Shown in pieces: positions 9,193 to 19,941 of a DNA stretch of 64,000 nt. A model generated the notes under the pieces. The model had not been told where the DNA came from, searched no databases, and saw nothing but the letters and a program-made list of their open reading frames with translations. Where the stretch lies: contig JBGANV010000001.1 of assembly GCA_044222185.1 (NCBI GenBank), positions 128,001-192,000 on the forward strand, read 5' to 3'. This DNA comes from Planctomycetota bacterium (GTDB taxonomy: Bacteria; Planctomycetota; GCA-002687715; CAIWVZ01). The stretch's first letter is position 1; each line of letters starts with the position of its first letter. Position numbers and translations under genes: made by a program.

Positions 9193-10302
9193 ATGACACC
9201 TGCATCTCCGAGTTCGTCTTCCGCTTTCGCTTCGCGTGCCACCCGCGGTTGCGGTTCGACCCCGTTGCTCGTCCTTCTGGCATTCCTCGTCGCGGCGATG
9301 CCGGTTGCCGCGCAAAAACCAAAGCCGGATCCGAAGGCGAAACCGGCACCGGCGCCCGTCGAGACCAAGCCGGTGGAGCCGCCGGCACCGGCCAATCCCA
9401 AACTGAAGCGTGAAGTGGATTCGCTTTCCGCCGCCGTCGGGCAGCCTCTGACGGTCGTGGAGGGGAAGTACTTCGACTTCGCTGCAACGCTCACGCCGGC
9501 CGACGTGAATGTCCTCATGGACGTCGCCGACAAGTGCTTCGCCGAATGGACGCGCATCACCGGCGTCGAGAAGGCGGAGCGCATGTTCGACGGGCAGAAG
9601 TGTCTGATCGTCGTGTGCAAGAGCTCGCAGCAATACAAGCTCGTCGGCCCGTGGTACGAGAAGACCTACCCCGATGGGGGCGCGCAGCCCGCGATGCAGA
9701 GCGTGACGTATTTCCCATTTCCATACCCCAGGTGCATGATCGCGATGCACCTGAAGCCCGCGGACGTGAACGGGCTCAAGAACAACGTCGCGCATGAGAT
9801 CGGCCACATGCTGATCTACCGCCACGACTTCAACTACAACTTCTCGCCGGTCTGGCTCACGGAGGGATTCGGCTCGTGGCTCGAGGGCAAGGTCCTCGGC
9901 CTCACCAACTGCTACTGCTCCTCGGGCGGTTACGGCGACCACGCCGCGGCCCTGGAGAAGATGAGCAACCTCGAGTGGGCGAAGTGGAAGGCCGGTCTGA
10001 AGGCCTCCGTGAAGGCCCGCCAGGACAAGAACCTCAGCCAGATCATTCCCATGCAGCTCAGCGACATGAGCACGGCGGAGGTGGGGAAGGCGTGGTCGGT
10101 CGTCGACTACATGGTCAGCACGGATGCGGCGAAGTTCACGAAGTGGCTCAGCCTCGTGAAGAAACACTGGCCGCAGCCGCCCAAGTACGAGTGGTACCCC
10201 GCGAAGGGTGAGGCCCAGAAGAAGGCACTCCAGGAGGCCTGGGGCATCGACATCAACGCCCTCGACGATGCCTGGCGCACCTATGTCGACACCCGGTACT
10301 GA
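9193..10302 (+). CDS. Secreted zinc metallopeptidase-like protein (gluzincin/peptidase MA fold)
   Basis: Signal peptide ..LLVLLAFLVAAMPVAA-Q, Pro/Lys linker, AHEIGH (HExxH) and downstream WLTEGFG third-ligand motif. Alternative start 9181. Confidence 0.7.
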   Translation: MTPASPSSSSAFASRATRGCGSTPLLVLLAFLVAAMPVAAQKPKPDPKAKPAPAPVETKPVEPPAPANPKLKREVDSLSAAVGQPLTVVEGKYFDFAATLTPADVNVLMDVADKCFAEWTRITGVEKAERMFDGQKCLIVVCKSSQQYKLVGPWYEKTYPDGGAQPAMQSVTYFPFPYPRCMIAMHLKPADVNGLKNNVAHEIGHMLIYRHDFNYNFSPVWLTEGFGSWLEGKVLGLTNCYCSSGGYGDHAAALEKMSNLEWAKWKAGLKASVKARQDKNLSQIIPMQLSDMSTAEVGKAWSVVDYMVSTDAAKFTKWLSLVKKHWPQPPKYEWYPAKGEAQKKALQEAWGIDINALDDAWRTYVDTRY

Positions 10303-13300
10303 GCCGTTCCCGGAGGTTCCTGGGTTCATACTCGAAGCAGAAATCGGGCGTGGTACGTCGGCGCGCGTGTTCCGCGCGCGGCAGCAGGCGCTGGATCGGC
10401 CGGTCGCCCTCAAGGTGATCACGACTCTCGGCGACGAGGGAAAGAAGCGCGCGCTCCGACTCTTCCGCGAGGCACGCCTCGCTGGAGCGCTCGATCATCC
10501 AGGCATCGTTCGCGGCATCGACGCCGGAGACTCGGGCGAACTCTGCTGGTTTGCCATGGAACTCGTCGAGGGTCGCACGCTTCAGTCGATCCTCGACGAC
10601 CGCGGTCCGCTCCCGTGGCAGAAAGCCATCTCCATCGGACTGGAGCTACTGGATGCGCTCGGCCATGCGCACCGGCGCGGAATCATCCACCGTGATCTCA
10701 AACCGTCGAACATCCTCATCGGGACGGATGGCCACGCGCGACTCCTGGACCTGGGCCTGGCGCGGCGGGACGCGGAACCAAAACTGACGCACGAGGGCGC
10801 GACGGTCGGAACGCCGAAGTTCATGGCACCCGAGCAGGCGCGCCAGCCTACGGCGGTGGATGCGCGCGCGGACATCTTCTCCATGGGCGCCGTCCTCTAC
10901 CGAGCGATCGGGGGCGTCGCGCCCTTCGAGGGAGAGACCGTCGCGGCCGTGCTCACGCGCTTGTTTTATGACGACCCGATTCCGCTCACGGCGCTGCGAC
11001 CCGAGACGCCTCCCGCGGTCTCGCTCGTCGTCGGAAAGGCCCTGGAGAAGAAGCCGGAACATCGGTTCCCGGACGCGACCGCACTGTCCGTCGCCCTGAG
11101 GGAGGCGGCGCGGATGACCGAGCGCCCGGCGAGCCCGGCGAGGCGGATTGCTGCTGGCCTGGCGATCGTCGCTGCGGCTTGTGCATTGATCATCGTCGCC
11201 TGGATCCGCATGCACGAGCAGGAATCGCCGCAACCGCCGCCGCCGAGTCCCCGGCCCGAGTCGCGCGTGACCGTTCCCCTCGTCGCGGAGTTCATCCTCC
11301 CGAGACACCCCGAGCTCAGTCCCCTGGACCGCGCGCTCCGCGCCGCGGCCGCGGCCGAGCAGGCGACGCCGTCAGCCGCGCTCGACCACGACTTCGAAGC
11401 CGCCGTTGCGCCACTGCGCGCCGACTTGCGAAGTGCTGCCGCGGCGTTCGTCAGCAACATCCGGCGCGTTGCTCTGACGTCTGGCGTGGCCACTGCCCGT
11501 GACCACCTGCGGCAGATGCGCGATCGCATGGTGTCCGACCTCCAGCTCGATGACGGCGTCACGCTCCCCGTGTCGATCGCGCGGATCCTCGATGCGGTGG
11601 TGAAGGAATGCCAATCGCGCTTCGAGGCCGACCTGGAGAAGGAGCAGGCCGACGTGGCGTCGGACATCGAGACGGAGCTGCAGGAGCTTACGTCGAGGCC
11701 CGAGGCACATGGCTGGACCCTCCGCGAGCAGGATGCTCGGGTGAAGGCCGTGCTGGGGTCACGCGCCCTCTTGATCGATGGTCGCCGGCTCGACGCCGTG
11801 CTGGCGCGCCGCGATGCCGTGCTCAAGCGACTTGCAGAGATTCCAGCCGAGGCGGCGGAGCGCGGGCTCCAGCGCGCCAAGGGGCTGATCGACCAAGGGA
11901 AGTTCCGTGCCGCGCGCACGCTGCTCGAGTCGTTCACGTCGGCTGAGTCCGATGCCCTGGCGCCTGGTGCGAGCGTTCAGGCCGCGCAGATGCTCGCTGG
12001 AGTCGATGCTGCCGAGGCTCGTTGGACCGCGGCCCTCGATGCGCTCCCAGCGCTCCTCTTGCGGGGGAACGACGCGCGCCTCGATGCGGCGGCGCGCCGG
12101 CAGCGCCTCGAACGGCTCAGGGTGCAGACGACGGCGCTCTCGAGCGGCGCTGACGAGGTATCCGGCGGTGCCGAGCGCCTCGGGATCGTGCGGGAGCTTC
12201 TCGCGACCGCCGAGGCGGCCGCACGAGTTCGGGACGATCTCCTCGAACGACTCGGCGCGGCACCACCGCCAGCCGTAGGGCTTCCGATCCGATTGTGTTC
12301 GGGCGTGACGCTCGACGGTCGGATCGTCGTCGGGCGTGAAGGCAGCAAGGTCGCATTGCGCACCGCGGCGGAGAGGTCCAGGGAACTTCGCGACGTGGAG
12401 GACATCGCCCCCGTCGGACTGTCGGCGATTCTCGCGTTGTATGGGCACGAGCCGGCGCCCATGCCGCTCGCCCTCCTCGAGCATTGGGATCGCCTCGACG
12501 ACCATGCGCTGGCACGCCTCCAGAAGTTGCCCCCGTCGGCGACGCGGGATTGGCTCCTCGATGCCGTCGAGGCGTCGATGCAAGCGCACCTCGCCAGCTT
12601 CGAAACGGAAGAAGAGCGAAACGCCTACCGGTTGCTTCTCCAGGCCAACCGTCGCGCCGGCGAGGGCGCGCACGCCAAGGTGCGCGAGATCGGCCAGTCG
12701 ATCCTCTCGAACCCCAAGCTCACCGGCTCGGCGTTCATGCTCAGGCACCGGGCGGAGCTCGAGAAACTCGTCCAGCACGCGGCCAAGGAAGAAGCTCGGA
12801 GCGCGAGGCTGCGCCCATTCGGAAAGGCGGCGGAGATCCGGGATCGCAAGCGCGGCGTCGTCCGCCTCTCGTGGACGTTCGGCGTTGGTCAACCGGCGGA
12901 CGGGCTCCTTCGGCCGGCGGGAAGCATGCTCACGGCTGCGGGGCTCGTGTGGCCGGGCAAGCGCGCCGATCCTGCGTCGTTGCCGGAGGTCGCGCCAGCC
13001 TTGCAACTCAGTTTGCCGCCGGGCGTCGCGAACTACCCGTTCACCCTCACCGCCGACGTCGTTCGCGATCGCGAGCAGCCGCTGCAATTCACGGCGATCT
13101 CCTACGGCGACCTGGCCTTCCTGTGTATCGGCCAGCTCCGCGACGTGGGCGCATTCGGGGGCGTGCGGTTGCACGGACTCGAGCGCGATCTCCTCCAAAC
13201 ACACGACGTCGATCTGGCGCTGTTCGCCGCTGCCTCGGTCGCCGAGGTGCGCCAGAGGATCCGGCCGCCGACGGGCAGGCCGATCAATGCGCTCGTTCGC

Positions 13301-13492
13301 GGCGAGACCGCGCGCTTGACGCTCTCGACCGTCGGAGATCCATTTGCCGCCGTCGACGAGCAACGGTTCCCACTCTTCGGAGATCGGCGGCCCGTCAACG
13401 GCGCTACGTCCGTCGAGATCCGGCTGCCACCGGGGGCGGCATTGCGATCCCTGACCATCGAACTTCCGTTGATCCCGTCGGACGACGAATGA
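10283..13492 (+). CDS. Membrane-spanning Hanks-type Ser/Thr protein kinase with a large C-terminal extracytoplasmic region
   Basis: IGRGTSARV, VALK, HRDLKPSN, DLG, GTPKFMAPE, DIFSMG; TM helix IAAGLAIVAAACALIIVAWI; about 750 aa mostly helical C-terminus. Confidence 0.92.
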   Translation: MSTPGTEPFPEVPGFILEAEIGRGTSARVFRARQQALDRPVALKVITTLGDEGKKRALRLFREARLAGALDHPGIVRGIDAGDSGELCWFAMELVEGRTLQSILDDRGPLPWQKAISIGLELLDALGHAHRRGIIHRDLKPSNILIGTDGHARLLDLGLARRDAEPKLTHEGATVGTPKFMAPEQARQPTAVDARADIFSMGAVLYRAIGGVAPFEGETVAAVLTRLFYDDPIPLTALRPETPPAVSLVVGKALEKKPEHRFPDATALSVALREAARMTERPASPARRIAAGLAIVAAACALIIVAWIRMHEQESPQPPPPSPRPESRVTVPLVAEFILPRHPELSPLDRALRAAAAAEQATPSAALDHDFEAAVAPLRADLRSAAAAFVSNIRRVALTSGVATARDHLRQMRDRMVSDLQLDDGVTLPVSIARILDAVVKECQSRFEADLEKEQADVASDIETELQELTSRPEAHGWTLREQDARVKAVLGSRALLIDGRRLDAVLARRDAVLKRLAEIPAEAAERGLQRAKGLIDQGKFRAARTLLESFTSAESDALAPGASVQAAQMLAGVDAAEARWTAALDALPALLLRGNDARLDAAARRQRLERLRVQTTALSSGADEVSGGAERLGIVRELLATAEAAARVRDDLLERLGAAPPPAVGLPIRLCSGVTLDGRIVVGREGSKVALRTAAERSRELRDVEDIAPVGLSAILALYGHEPAPMPLALLEHWDRLDDHALARLQKLPPSATRDWLLDAVEASMQAHLASFETEEERNAYRLLLQANRRAGEGAHAKVREIGQSILSNPKLTGSAFMLRHRAELEKLVQHAAKEEARSARLRPFGKAAEIRDRKRGVVRLSWTFGVGQPADGLLRPAGSMLTAAGLVWPGKRADPASLPEVAPALQLSLPPGVANYPFTLTADVVRDREQPLQFTAISYGDLAFLCIGQLRDVGAFGGVRLHGLERDLLQTHDVDLALFAAASVAEVRQRIRPPTGRPINALVRGETARLTLSTVGDPFAAVDEQRFPLFGDRRPVNGATSVEIRLPPGAALRSLTIELPLIPSDDE

Positions 13493-13887
13493 CCGCGCGC
13501 GACGTCCATCTCATCGGTTCGTCGGGCATGTTCGAGGGCGTCAGGGCCGTCCTGCGGCCTGGCGATCGCGTCGTGGTCGGTCGAAGCCGCCACGTGGAGC
13601 TGAGCGCCGTCCGCACTCCTCTCGCGTTGCGTGTGGGCCGTGAGAAACTCGAGCGCAACTCCTCATTCCGCCGGTTGTCGCGCCGCCACATCGAACTCGA
13701 TTTTGCCGACGGCGAGAATCTCGTGCTGAAGAACCTGTCGAAGAACGGGTTCATGCTCGATGGAAATCGCGTGACCACGGCCGTGCTCTCGCTGGATGCG
13801 ATGGAGGCCGGACCCCATGTCGTTCGGTTCGGGACCAACGAGGAGATCCGGATCGAACTGGGTGTCGCGGACGGAGGGGGTTCGTGA
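13489..13887 (+). CDS. Stand-alone FHA domain protein
   Basis: ATGA overlap with the kinase; VVGRS...SRRHI...NLSKNGF FHA motifs. This is the C-terminal part of track ORF 12484..13887. Confidence 0.8.
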   Translation: MTARDVHLIGSSGMFEGVRAVLRPGDRVVVGRSRHVELSAVRTPLALRVGREKLERNSSFRRLSRRHIELDFADGENLVLKNLSKNGFMLDGNRVTTAVLSLDAMEAGPHVVRFGTNEEIRIELGVADGGGS

Positions 13888-14049
13888 GCTGAGGGGGCGC
13901 CCCGCGGGACCCACGCGCGTCGCTGCGGACCTGTCGGCCCGGCCTCGATCGGACCTTCCAAGGTGAGGGGGCCGCGCAGGTTCAAGAGGCCGGCCGGGTC
14001 GACGCCGGACCCCCGGGGTCGCCCGTCTCCGACGCGAACCTGACCTGGA

Positions 14050-14077
14050 TTTACATCCCGGTGCGGCTCCCTATAAT
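14050..14077 (+). promoter_or_regulatory. Sigma70-type promoter of the uvrA-XPB operon
   Basis: TTTACA-N16-TATAAT, an AT-rich island in GC-rich DNA, about 65 nt upstream of the GGGAG SD / GTG start. Confidence 0.7.
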
Positions 14078-14142
14078 CCCCGAATTCGTCGCGGCAGGTC
14101 CACTGTCGGAGCGGTTGCCAGCGGCGCGTCGATGGGAGCGAA

Positions 14143-17100
14143 GTGAGCCAGGTTCAACGCGAGATCGTCGTCCGCGGAGCGCGCGAGCACAATCTGAAAG
14201 GCGTCGATCTGCGGCTGCCTCGGGGTGCCCTGGTCACGATGACGGGCGTGTCCGGGTCGGGAAAATCGTCGCTCGCCTTCGACACGATCTTCCAGGAGGG
14301 GCAGCGGCGGTTCGTCGAGTCGCTCTCCTCCTACGCGCGGCAATTCCTCGGCCAGACCGAAAAACCCAAGGTCGAGCACATCGAGGGGCTGTCGCCCACG
14401 ATCTCCATCGACCAGAAAACGGTGAATCGCAGCCCGCGGTCGACCGTCGGGACGGTGACCGAGCTCTACGATCACCTCCGGCTCCTGTTCGCCCGCCTCG
14501 GAACGCCCCATTGCCCCAGCTGCGGCAAGCGCGTCGCGGCGCAGACCTCCGACCAGATCATCGACCGGATCCTCTCTGCCTACACCGGGCGCGCTCTTCT
14601 GTTCCTTGCCCCTCTGATCCGCGACCGCAAGGGGGAGTACCGCAAGGAACTGGAGGAGCTGCGGATGAAGGGCTACGTCCGCGCCCGGATCGACGGCGAG
14701 GTCCGGCGCCTGGACGAGCCCATCGAACTCGCGCGCTACGAGAGACACACGATCGAGGTCGTCCTCGACCGGCTTCGGATCGAGCCCGAAAAGCGGTCGC
14801 GGGTCGCCGAGTCGATCGAGCAGGGACTGAAGTTGGGCAAGGGGCTCGTCTCCGTCCTCGACGGCGACGCGATCGAGACGTTCTCGACCTCGTTCTCATG
14901 CCCCGACTGCAACGTGAGCCTGCCGGAGATGGAGCCGCGCACGTTCTCGTTCAACAGCCCGCACGGTGCGTGCGAGGCCTGTGACGGGCTCGGCGTCACG
15001 GCCGACGTCGATCCGGGGTTGGTGATCCCGGACCCCAAGCTGACGATCGACGAAGGCGCGATCGCACCCATGCGAGGCCAGTCGTGGACTCTGAGACATC
15101 ACTTTCGCGAGGAGGTGATGCGGCAGGTCTGCACGCACTTCGGAATTCCGCGGAACGTGCCCTGGAAGGCGTTGCCGGCACGCGCCCGAAAAATCCTGCT
15201 CGACGGGAACGCGGACGAGGAGATCACGATCTCGCGTCGCTACGAAGGCGAACGGCTGAAGGTCCGAAGTACCGAGCGGACGGCGTGGAAGGGAGTCTTG
15301 ACGATCCTCCGCGAGGTGCATGGGCGCCTGAAAGGGAAGTCGACGGAGGCGTTCATGTCGCCGGGATCCTGCCGCGCTTGCGGCGGGACCCGGCTGAAGC
15401 CGGCCGCGCTCTCCGTTCGCTTCCACGAGAAGAACATCGGGGACCTAAGCCGGTGGACCGTCGTCGAGATCCACTCGTTCTTGAAGGCCACGACCTTCGA
15501 GGGATCGCAGGCGACGATCGGCGATCCGATCAAGCGCGAGCTCATCACGCGCCTGAAGTTCCTCCTGGACGTCGGGCTTGGCTACCTCACCCTCGACCGG
15601 AACGTTTCCTCGCTCTCGGGCGGAGAGTCGCAGCGCATCCGCCTCGCGACCCAGGTGGGTTCAGGCCTGCGCGGGATCCTCTACGTCCTCGACGAGCCGT
15701 CGATCGGCCTTCATCAGCGCGACAACCGCCGCTTGATCCAAACCCTCGAGCGTCTGCGCGACGTCGGCAATACGGTGATAGTCGTCGAACATGACCGCGA
15801 GACGATGGAGGCCTCCGACTGGCTCGTGGACGTCGGGCCCGGTGCCGGGCGCGCGGGCGGCGAGATCGTCGCGACGGGACTCATCCCCGATCTCGTGCGT
15901 GAGTCGCGTTCGATCACCGGCGCGTTTCTCGATGGTCGCGAACGGATCGACCCGCCGGCACGACGTCGCACCGGGAACGGCAAGGCGATCGGCGTCCGCG
16001 GCGCTCGCGCCCACAACCTCAAGAACGTCGACGTGGACCTGCCCCTCGGTACGTTCATCGCCGTGACCGGAGTCTCGGGGTCCGGCAAGAGCACGCTGAT
16101 CAACGACATCCTCAAGTGCGCCCTCGCGCGGGAACTCCACAACGCCGAGACGAGGCCGGCCGAGCACGACTCCATCGTAGGCATCGAGCACCTCGACAAG
16201 GTGATCGAGATCGACCAGTCTCCCATCGGGCGGACGCCGCGCAGCAACCCTGCGACATACACCAAGCTCTTCGACGAGGTCAGGGCCCTGTTCGCCTCCC
16301 TGCCGGAGTCGAAGACTCGCGGCTACGAGCCCGGCCGCTTCTCCTTCAACGTGAAGGGCGGCCGGTGTGAGGCCTGCGGCGGCGCGGGTGTGAAGCTCAT
16401 CGAGATGCAATTCCTCGCCGACGTCGAGGTGCCGTGTGACGTTTGCGAGGGGCGCCGCTTCAACCCGGAAACGCTCGAGATCCGCTATCGGGGGAAGTCG
16501 ATCACCGACATCCTCGCGATGACCGTAGGGGAGGCGCTCGACTTCTTCGCGAGTCACCCGTCGATCAAGCGAAGTCTCGCGACGCTCGAGCGCGTCGGGC
16601 TCGGGTACGTTCAGCTCGGGCAGCCTTCGACCACGTTGTCCGGCGGTGAAGCGCAACGCGTGAAGTTGGCAACGCAGCTTCAGCGACCGCCGACAGGCCG
16701 CACGCTCTACATCCTCGATGAGCCGACGACGGGGCTCCATTTCCTCGACGTTCGCCGCCTCGTGGAGGCCTTGCAAGCACTCGTGGACGCGGGCAACACG
16801 GTCCTCGTCATCGAGCACAACCTGGACGTCGTTCGTTGTGCCGATTGGATCCTGGATCTTGGTCCGGACGGCGGCGCGGGCGGTGGGCAGATCGTGTTCA
16901 ACGGCAGCTATGCGGCGATCCTCGAGAACACCGAGTCAGCGACCGCCGACATGCTCCGCGAGATCGAGAACCCGGCGCCGCACGCGGCGCGACCGCGGCG
17001 TCCCGTCGTCGACCACGCGCTCGACGGCGACGTCGTTTTGCGGGGCGCACGCCTCCACAACCTGAAGAACGTCGATGCACGCTTCCCTGCGGGACGCATG

Positions 17101-19941
17101 ACCGTCGTCACCGGGCCGTCCGGGTCGGGGAAGACCAGCCTCGTCTTCCACACGCTTTTCGCGGAGGGGCAGCGGCGATTCGTCGAGTGCTTGTCGACCT
17201 ACGCACGGCAGTTCCTCGGCAGGCTCGAACGACCGCCCCTCGATTCTTTGGAGGGACTCGCACCGTCGATCGCCATCGACCAGAAGAACGCGAGCCGCAA
17301 TCCGAGATCGACGGTGTCGACGACGACCGAGATCCACGACTACTTGCGCTTGCTCTATGCTCGCGTCGGAATCCCTCACTGCCCGACGTGCGGGAAGGAA
17401 GCCCGTGCGTATCCGCCCGACATGGTCGTGCGCGCGCTCCTGGAACGCCACGCGGATGCCAAGGGGCGCCTCGTCGCTCCGCTGTGGCTGAAGGGCTTCC
17501 CAAAGCCCCTCCGCTTCAAGAAGCCCACCGACCTCAAGGTCCTTCGAGAGGAGCTCATGCAGGAGGGCTGCGTCCGCGTCCTGATCGACGGGGAAGAGAA
17601 GCGGCTCGACGAGAACCCGACGGTGACGGCGCGGACGAAGGAAGTCCTGCTCGTGCTGGATCGTGTCCAGATCTCAGCGCGATCGAGGACCCGCCTCCTG
17701 GATTCCGTCCAGCAGGCGTACTCGGCCGCCCGAGGGGTTCTGGCATTCCAGCCCGTGGATGGTGAGCGCGAGTGGTTCGGCGAGCACCCGTCCTGCGTGG
17801 GCTGCGGGTTCTTCTTGGACGAAGAGCTCACTCCGAGGATGTTCTCGTTCAACAGCCACGTCGGAGCGTGCGACAACTGCCACGGCCTGGGGTCGGAGCT
17901 GAAGTGTGACGTCGACCGTCTGGTGACGCGGCCCGAACTGCCGCTGTTCGAAGGCGCCATGATCGACAAGCCGGGCGACTTTCTCAGTCGTGCGGACGGC
18001 TACTTCCGCGGAGTCGTCGAGCAATTGGCCGACCATCTCGGTTTCAACGTGAACAAGCCCTTCGGTTCGCTCACGGCGAAGGCGCGACGCGTACTCATGT
18101 TCGGGTTCGACGAGAAGCTCGACGTGACGTTCGAGACCAGCGGCGCGCGCAAGAAGTCGACGTACGCCATGAGCGTGGCGTGGAAGGGTTTCGCGAGATA
18201 CATCGAGGAGTGGTATCGGACGTCCGACAACGACGAATGGGTGGAGATCCTCGGCCGGGTCATGCGTGCGGACACCTGCCCCGCATGCCAGGGTGAACGC
18301 CTGAAACCGGCGTTCCGCGCGGTGAAACTCGGCGGAGTGACGCTCGCAGAGGTGGGGCGGATGACCGTCGCCGGTGCGCGAGCGTTCTTCGACGGACTGC
18401 GGTTCGGGGACTCGGCGGCGCAGATCGCGGATCAGCCCGTGAAGGAGGCTCGCAACCGTCTCCGCTTCCTCGACGACGTGGGCCTGGGCTACCTCGAACT
18501 GGGGCGGTCTGCGGGCACGTTGTCGGGTGGCGAGGCGCAGCGCATTCGACTTGCGACGCAGATCGGCAATCGGCTGACAGGCGTCATCTACGTCCTGGAT
18601 GAGCCTACGATCGGACTTCACCAGCGCGACAACGAGCGGCTCCTGGGTACGCTGCGGGAACTGCGAGACCTCGGCAACACGATCGTGGTCGTCGAGCACG
18701 ACCGCGAGACGATCGAAGTCGCGGACTGGGTCTTGGACCTCGGGCCAGGCGCCGGGCGCCACGGCGGGGAGGTCGTCTACGCGGGCGAGCCGGCCGCACT
18801 CGCTGAGAAGGGCGAGTCGTTGACCGCTCGATATCTGCGCCGCGACCTGTCCGTGCCGACGCCGCCAGCCCGCCGGGCCGGATCGGGCAAGGAGTTGATC
18901 CTCCGGGACGTGACCGTCAACAACCTGAAGTCGGTCGACGTGTCGATCCCCGCGGCGCGGCTCGTGGCCGTGACGGGGGTTTCCGGGTCCGGAAAATCCA
19001 GCCTCGTGATGGATACGTTGGCGCCGGCCATGGCCCTCGCCACGGCGCGGCGGCGTGTCAAGGTGCAAGGGCTGGGCAGGCTCGAGGGGGCCGAGGCGTT
19101 CGACGAGTGCATCATCGTCGACCAGGCGCCCATCGGCACCTCGCCCAAGTCGAATCCTGCGTCCTACACGAAGATCTTCGACGAGATCCGGGAGATCTAC
19201 TCGACGATGCCCCTCGCGCAGCAGCGCGGCTACACCCCAGGCCGGTTCTCCTACAACACCGGTCCCGGGCGCTGCGGAACCTGCGATGGCCGCGGAAGCC
19301 TGAAGATCGAGATGCACTTCCTGCCGGACGTCTGGATCACCTGCGAGGCGTGCCGGGGCCGCCGGTACAACCCTGAAACGCTCGCCGTCGAGTACAAGGG
19401 GAAGTCGATCGCGGACGTCCTCGACATGGAGGTGAAGGAGGCCCGCGCGTTTTTTGCCAATCACAGGAGGATTGCAGGACCGCTCCAGTTGCTCGAAGAT
19501 GTGGGGCTCGGCTATCTGGAACTCGGCAGACCGGCGACGACCCTTTCAGGCGGCGAAGCCCAACGAATCAAGCTCGCAAGGGAGCTGGCGCGACGGTCAC
19601 ATGGGCGTACGCTCTACTTGTTGGATGAACCGACGACCGGCCTCCATTTCGATGATGTCGCGAAGCTCGTTGGAGTGCTTCAGCGACTCGTGGATGCCGG
19701 AAACTCGGTCGTGCTGATCGAGCACAACTTGGACGTCATCAAAGCGAGCGATTGGGTGATCGACCTGGGCCCCGAGGGGGGAACGGGTGGCGGCGAGGTC
19801 GTCTCCGTCGGGACTCCCGAAGACGTGGCGGCGGAGCCGCGATCTCATACGGGGCGCTTCCTGGCGAAAGAGCTGGGCCTCGTGGCCCCGGCAGGCGTGA
19901 AGCCCCCGACACCGAGAGAGCGGCATGAAGCTGCCAACTGA
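14143..19941 (+). CDS. uvrA: Excinuclease ABC subunit A, tandem UvrA-UvrA fusion (1932 aa)
   Basis: Two complete UvrA units: four Walker A motifs (GVSGSGKS x3, GPSGSGKT), four LSGGE signatures, duplicated zinc fingers and duplicated GAR.HNLK starts; junction near nt 16960-17030. Confidence 0.97.
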   Translation: MSQVQREIVVRGAREHNLKGVDLRLPRGALVTMTGVSGSGKSSLAFDTIFQEGQRRFVESLSSYARQFLGQTEKPKVEHIEGLSPTISIDQKTVNRSPRSTVGTVTELYDHLRLLFARLGTPHCPSCGKRVAAQTSDQIIDRILSAYTGRALLFLAPLIRDRKGEYRKELEELRMKGYVRARIDGEVRRLDEPIELARYERHTIEVVLDRLRIEPEKRSRVAESIEQGLKLGKGLVSVLDGDAIETFSTSFSCPDCNVSLPEMEPRTFSFNSPHGACEACDGLGVTADVDPGLVIPDPKLTIDEGAIAPMRGQSWTLRHHFREEVMRQVCTHFGIPRNVPWKALPARARKILLDGNADEEITISRRYEGERLKVRSTERTAWKGVLTILREVHGRLKGKSTEAFMSPGSCRACGGTRLKPAALSVRFHEKNIGDLSRWTVVEIHSFLKATTFEGSQATIGDPIKRELITRLKFLLDVGLGYLTLDRNVSSLSGGESQRIRLATQVGSGLRGILYVLDEPSIGLHQRDNRRLIQTLERLRDVGNTVIVVEHDRETMEASDWLVDVGPGAGRAGGEIVATGLIPDLVRESRSITGAFLDGRERIDPPARRRTGNGKAIGVRGARAHNLKNVDVDLPLGTFIAVTGVSGSGKSTLINDILKCALARELHNAETRPAEHDSIVGIEHLDKVIEIDQSPIGRTPRSNPATYTKLFDEVRALFASLPESKTRGYEPGRFSFNVKGGRCEACGGAGVKLIEMQFLADVEVPCDVCEGRRFNPETLEIRYRGKSITDILAMTVGEALDFFASHPSIKRSLATLERVGLGYVQLGQPSTTLSGGEAQRVKLATQLQRPPTGRTLYILDEPTTGLHFLDVRRLVEALQALVDAGNTVLVIEHNLDVVRCADWILDLGPDGGAGGGQIVFNGSYAAILENTESATADMLREIENPAPHAARPRRPVVDHALDGDVVLRGARLHNLKNVDARFPAGRMTVVTGPSGSGKTSLVFHTLFAEGQRRFVECLSTYARQFLGRLERPPLDSLEGLAPSIAIDQKNASRNPRSTVSTTTEIHDYLRLLYARVGIPHCPTCGKEARAYPPDMVVRALLERHADAKGRLVAPLWLKGFPKPLRFKKPTDLKVLREELMQEGCVRVLIDGEEKRLDENPTVTARTKEVLLVLDRVQISARSRTRLLDSVQQAYSAARGVLAFQPVDGEREWFGEHPSCVGCGFFLDEELTPRMFSFNSHVGACDNCHGLGSELKCDVDRLVTRPELPLFEGAMIDKPGDFLSRADGYFRGVVEQLADHLGFNVNKPFGSLTAKARRVLMFGFDEKLDVTFETSGARKKSTYAMSVAWKGFARYIEEWYRTSDNDEWVEILGRVMRADTCPACQGERLKPAFRAVKLGGVTLAEVGRMTVAGARAFFDGLRFGDSAAQIADQPVKEARNRLRFLDDVGLGYLELGRSAGTLSGGEAQRIRLATQIGNRLTGVIYVLDEPTIGLHQRDNERLLGTLRELRDLGNTIVVVEHDRETIEVADWVLDLGPGAGRHGGEVVYAGEPAALAEKGESLTARYLRRDLSVPTPPARRAGSGKELILRDVTVNNLKSVDVSIPAARLVAVTGVSGSGKSSLVMDTLAPAMALATARRRVKVQGLGRLEGAEAFDECIIVDQAPIGTSPKSNPASYTKIFDEIREIYSTMPLAQQRGYTPGRFSYNTGPGRCGTCDGRGSLKIEMHFLPDVWITCEACRGRRYNPETLAVEYKGKSIADVLDMEVKEARAFFANHRRIAGPLQLLEDVGLGYLELGRPATTLSGGEAQRIKLARELARRSHGRTLYLLDEPTTGLHFDDVAKLVGVLQRLVDAGNSVVLIEHNLDVIKASDWVIDLGPEGGTGGGEVVSVGTPEDVAAEPRSHTGRFLAKELGLVAPAGVKPPTPRERHEAAN

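Noticed and set aside
13990-14142. LexA/SOS box upstream of uvrA
   Set aside because: No match seen to the GAAC-N4-GTTC, CTGT-N8-ACAG, GTTC-N7-GTTC or TGTTC-N4-GAACA patterns.
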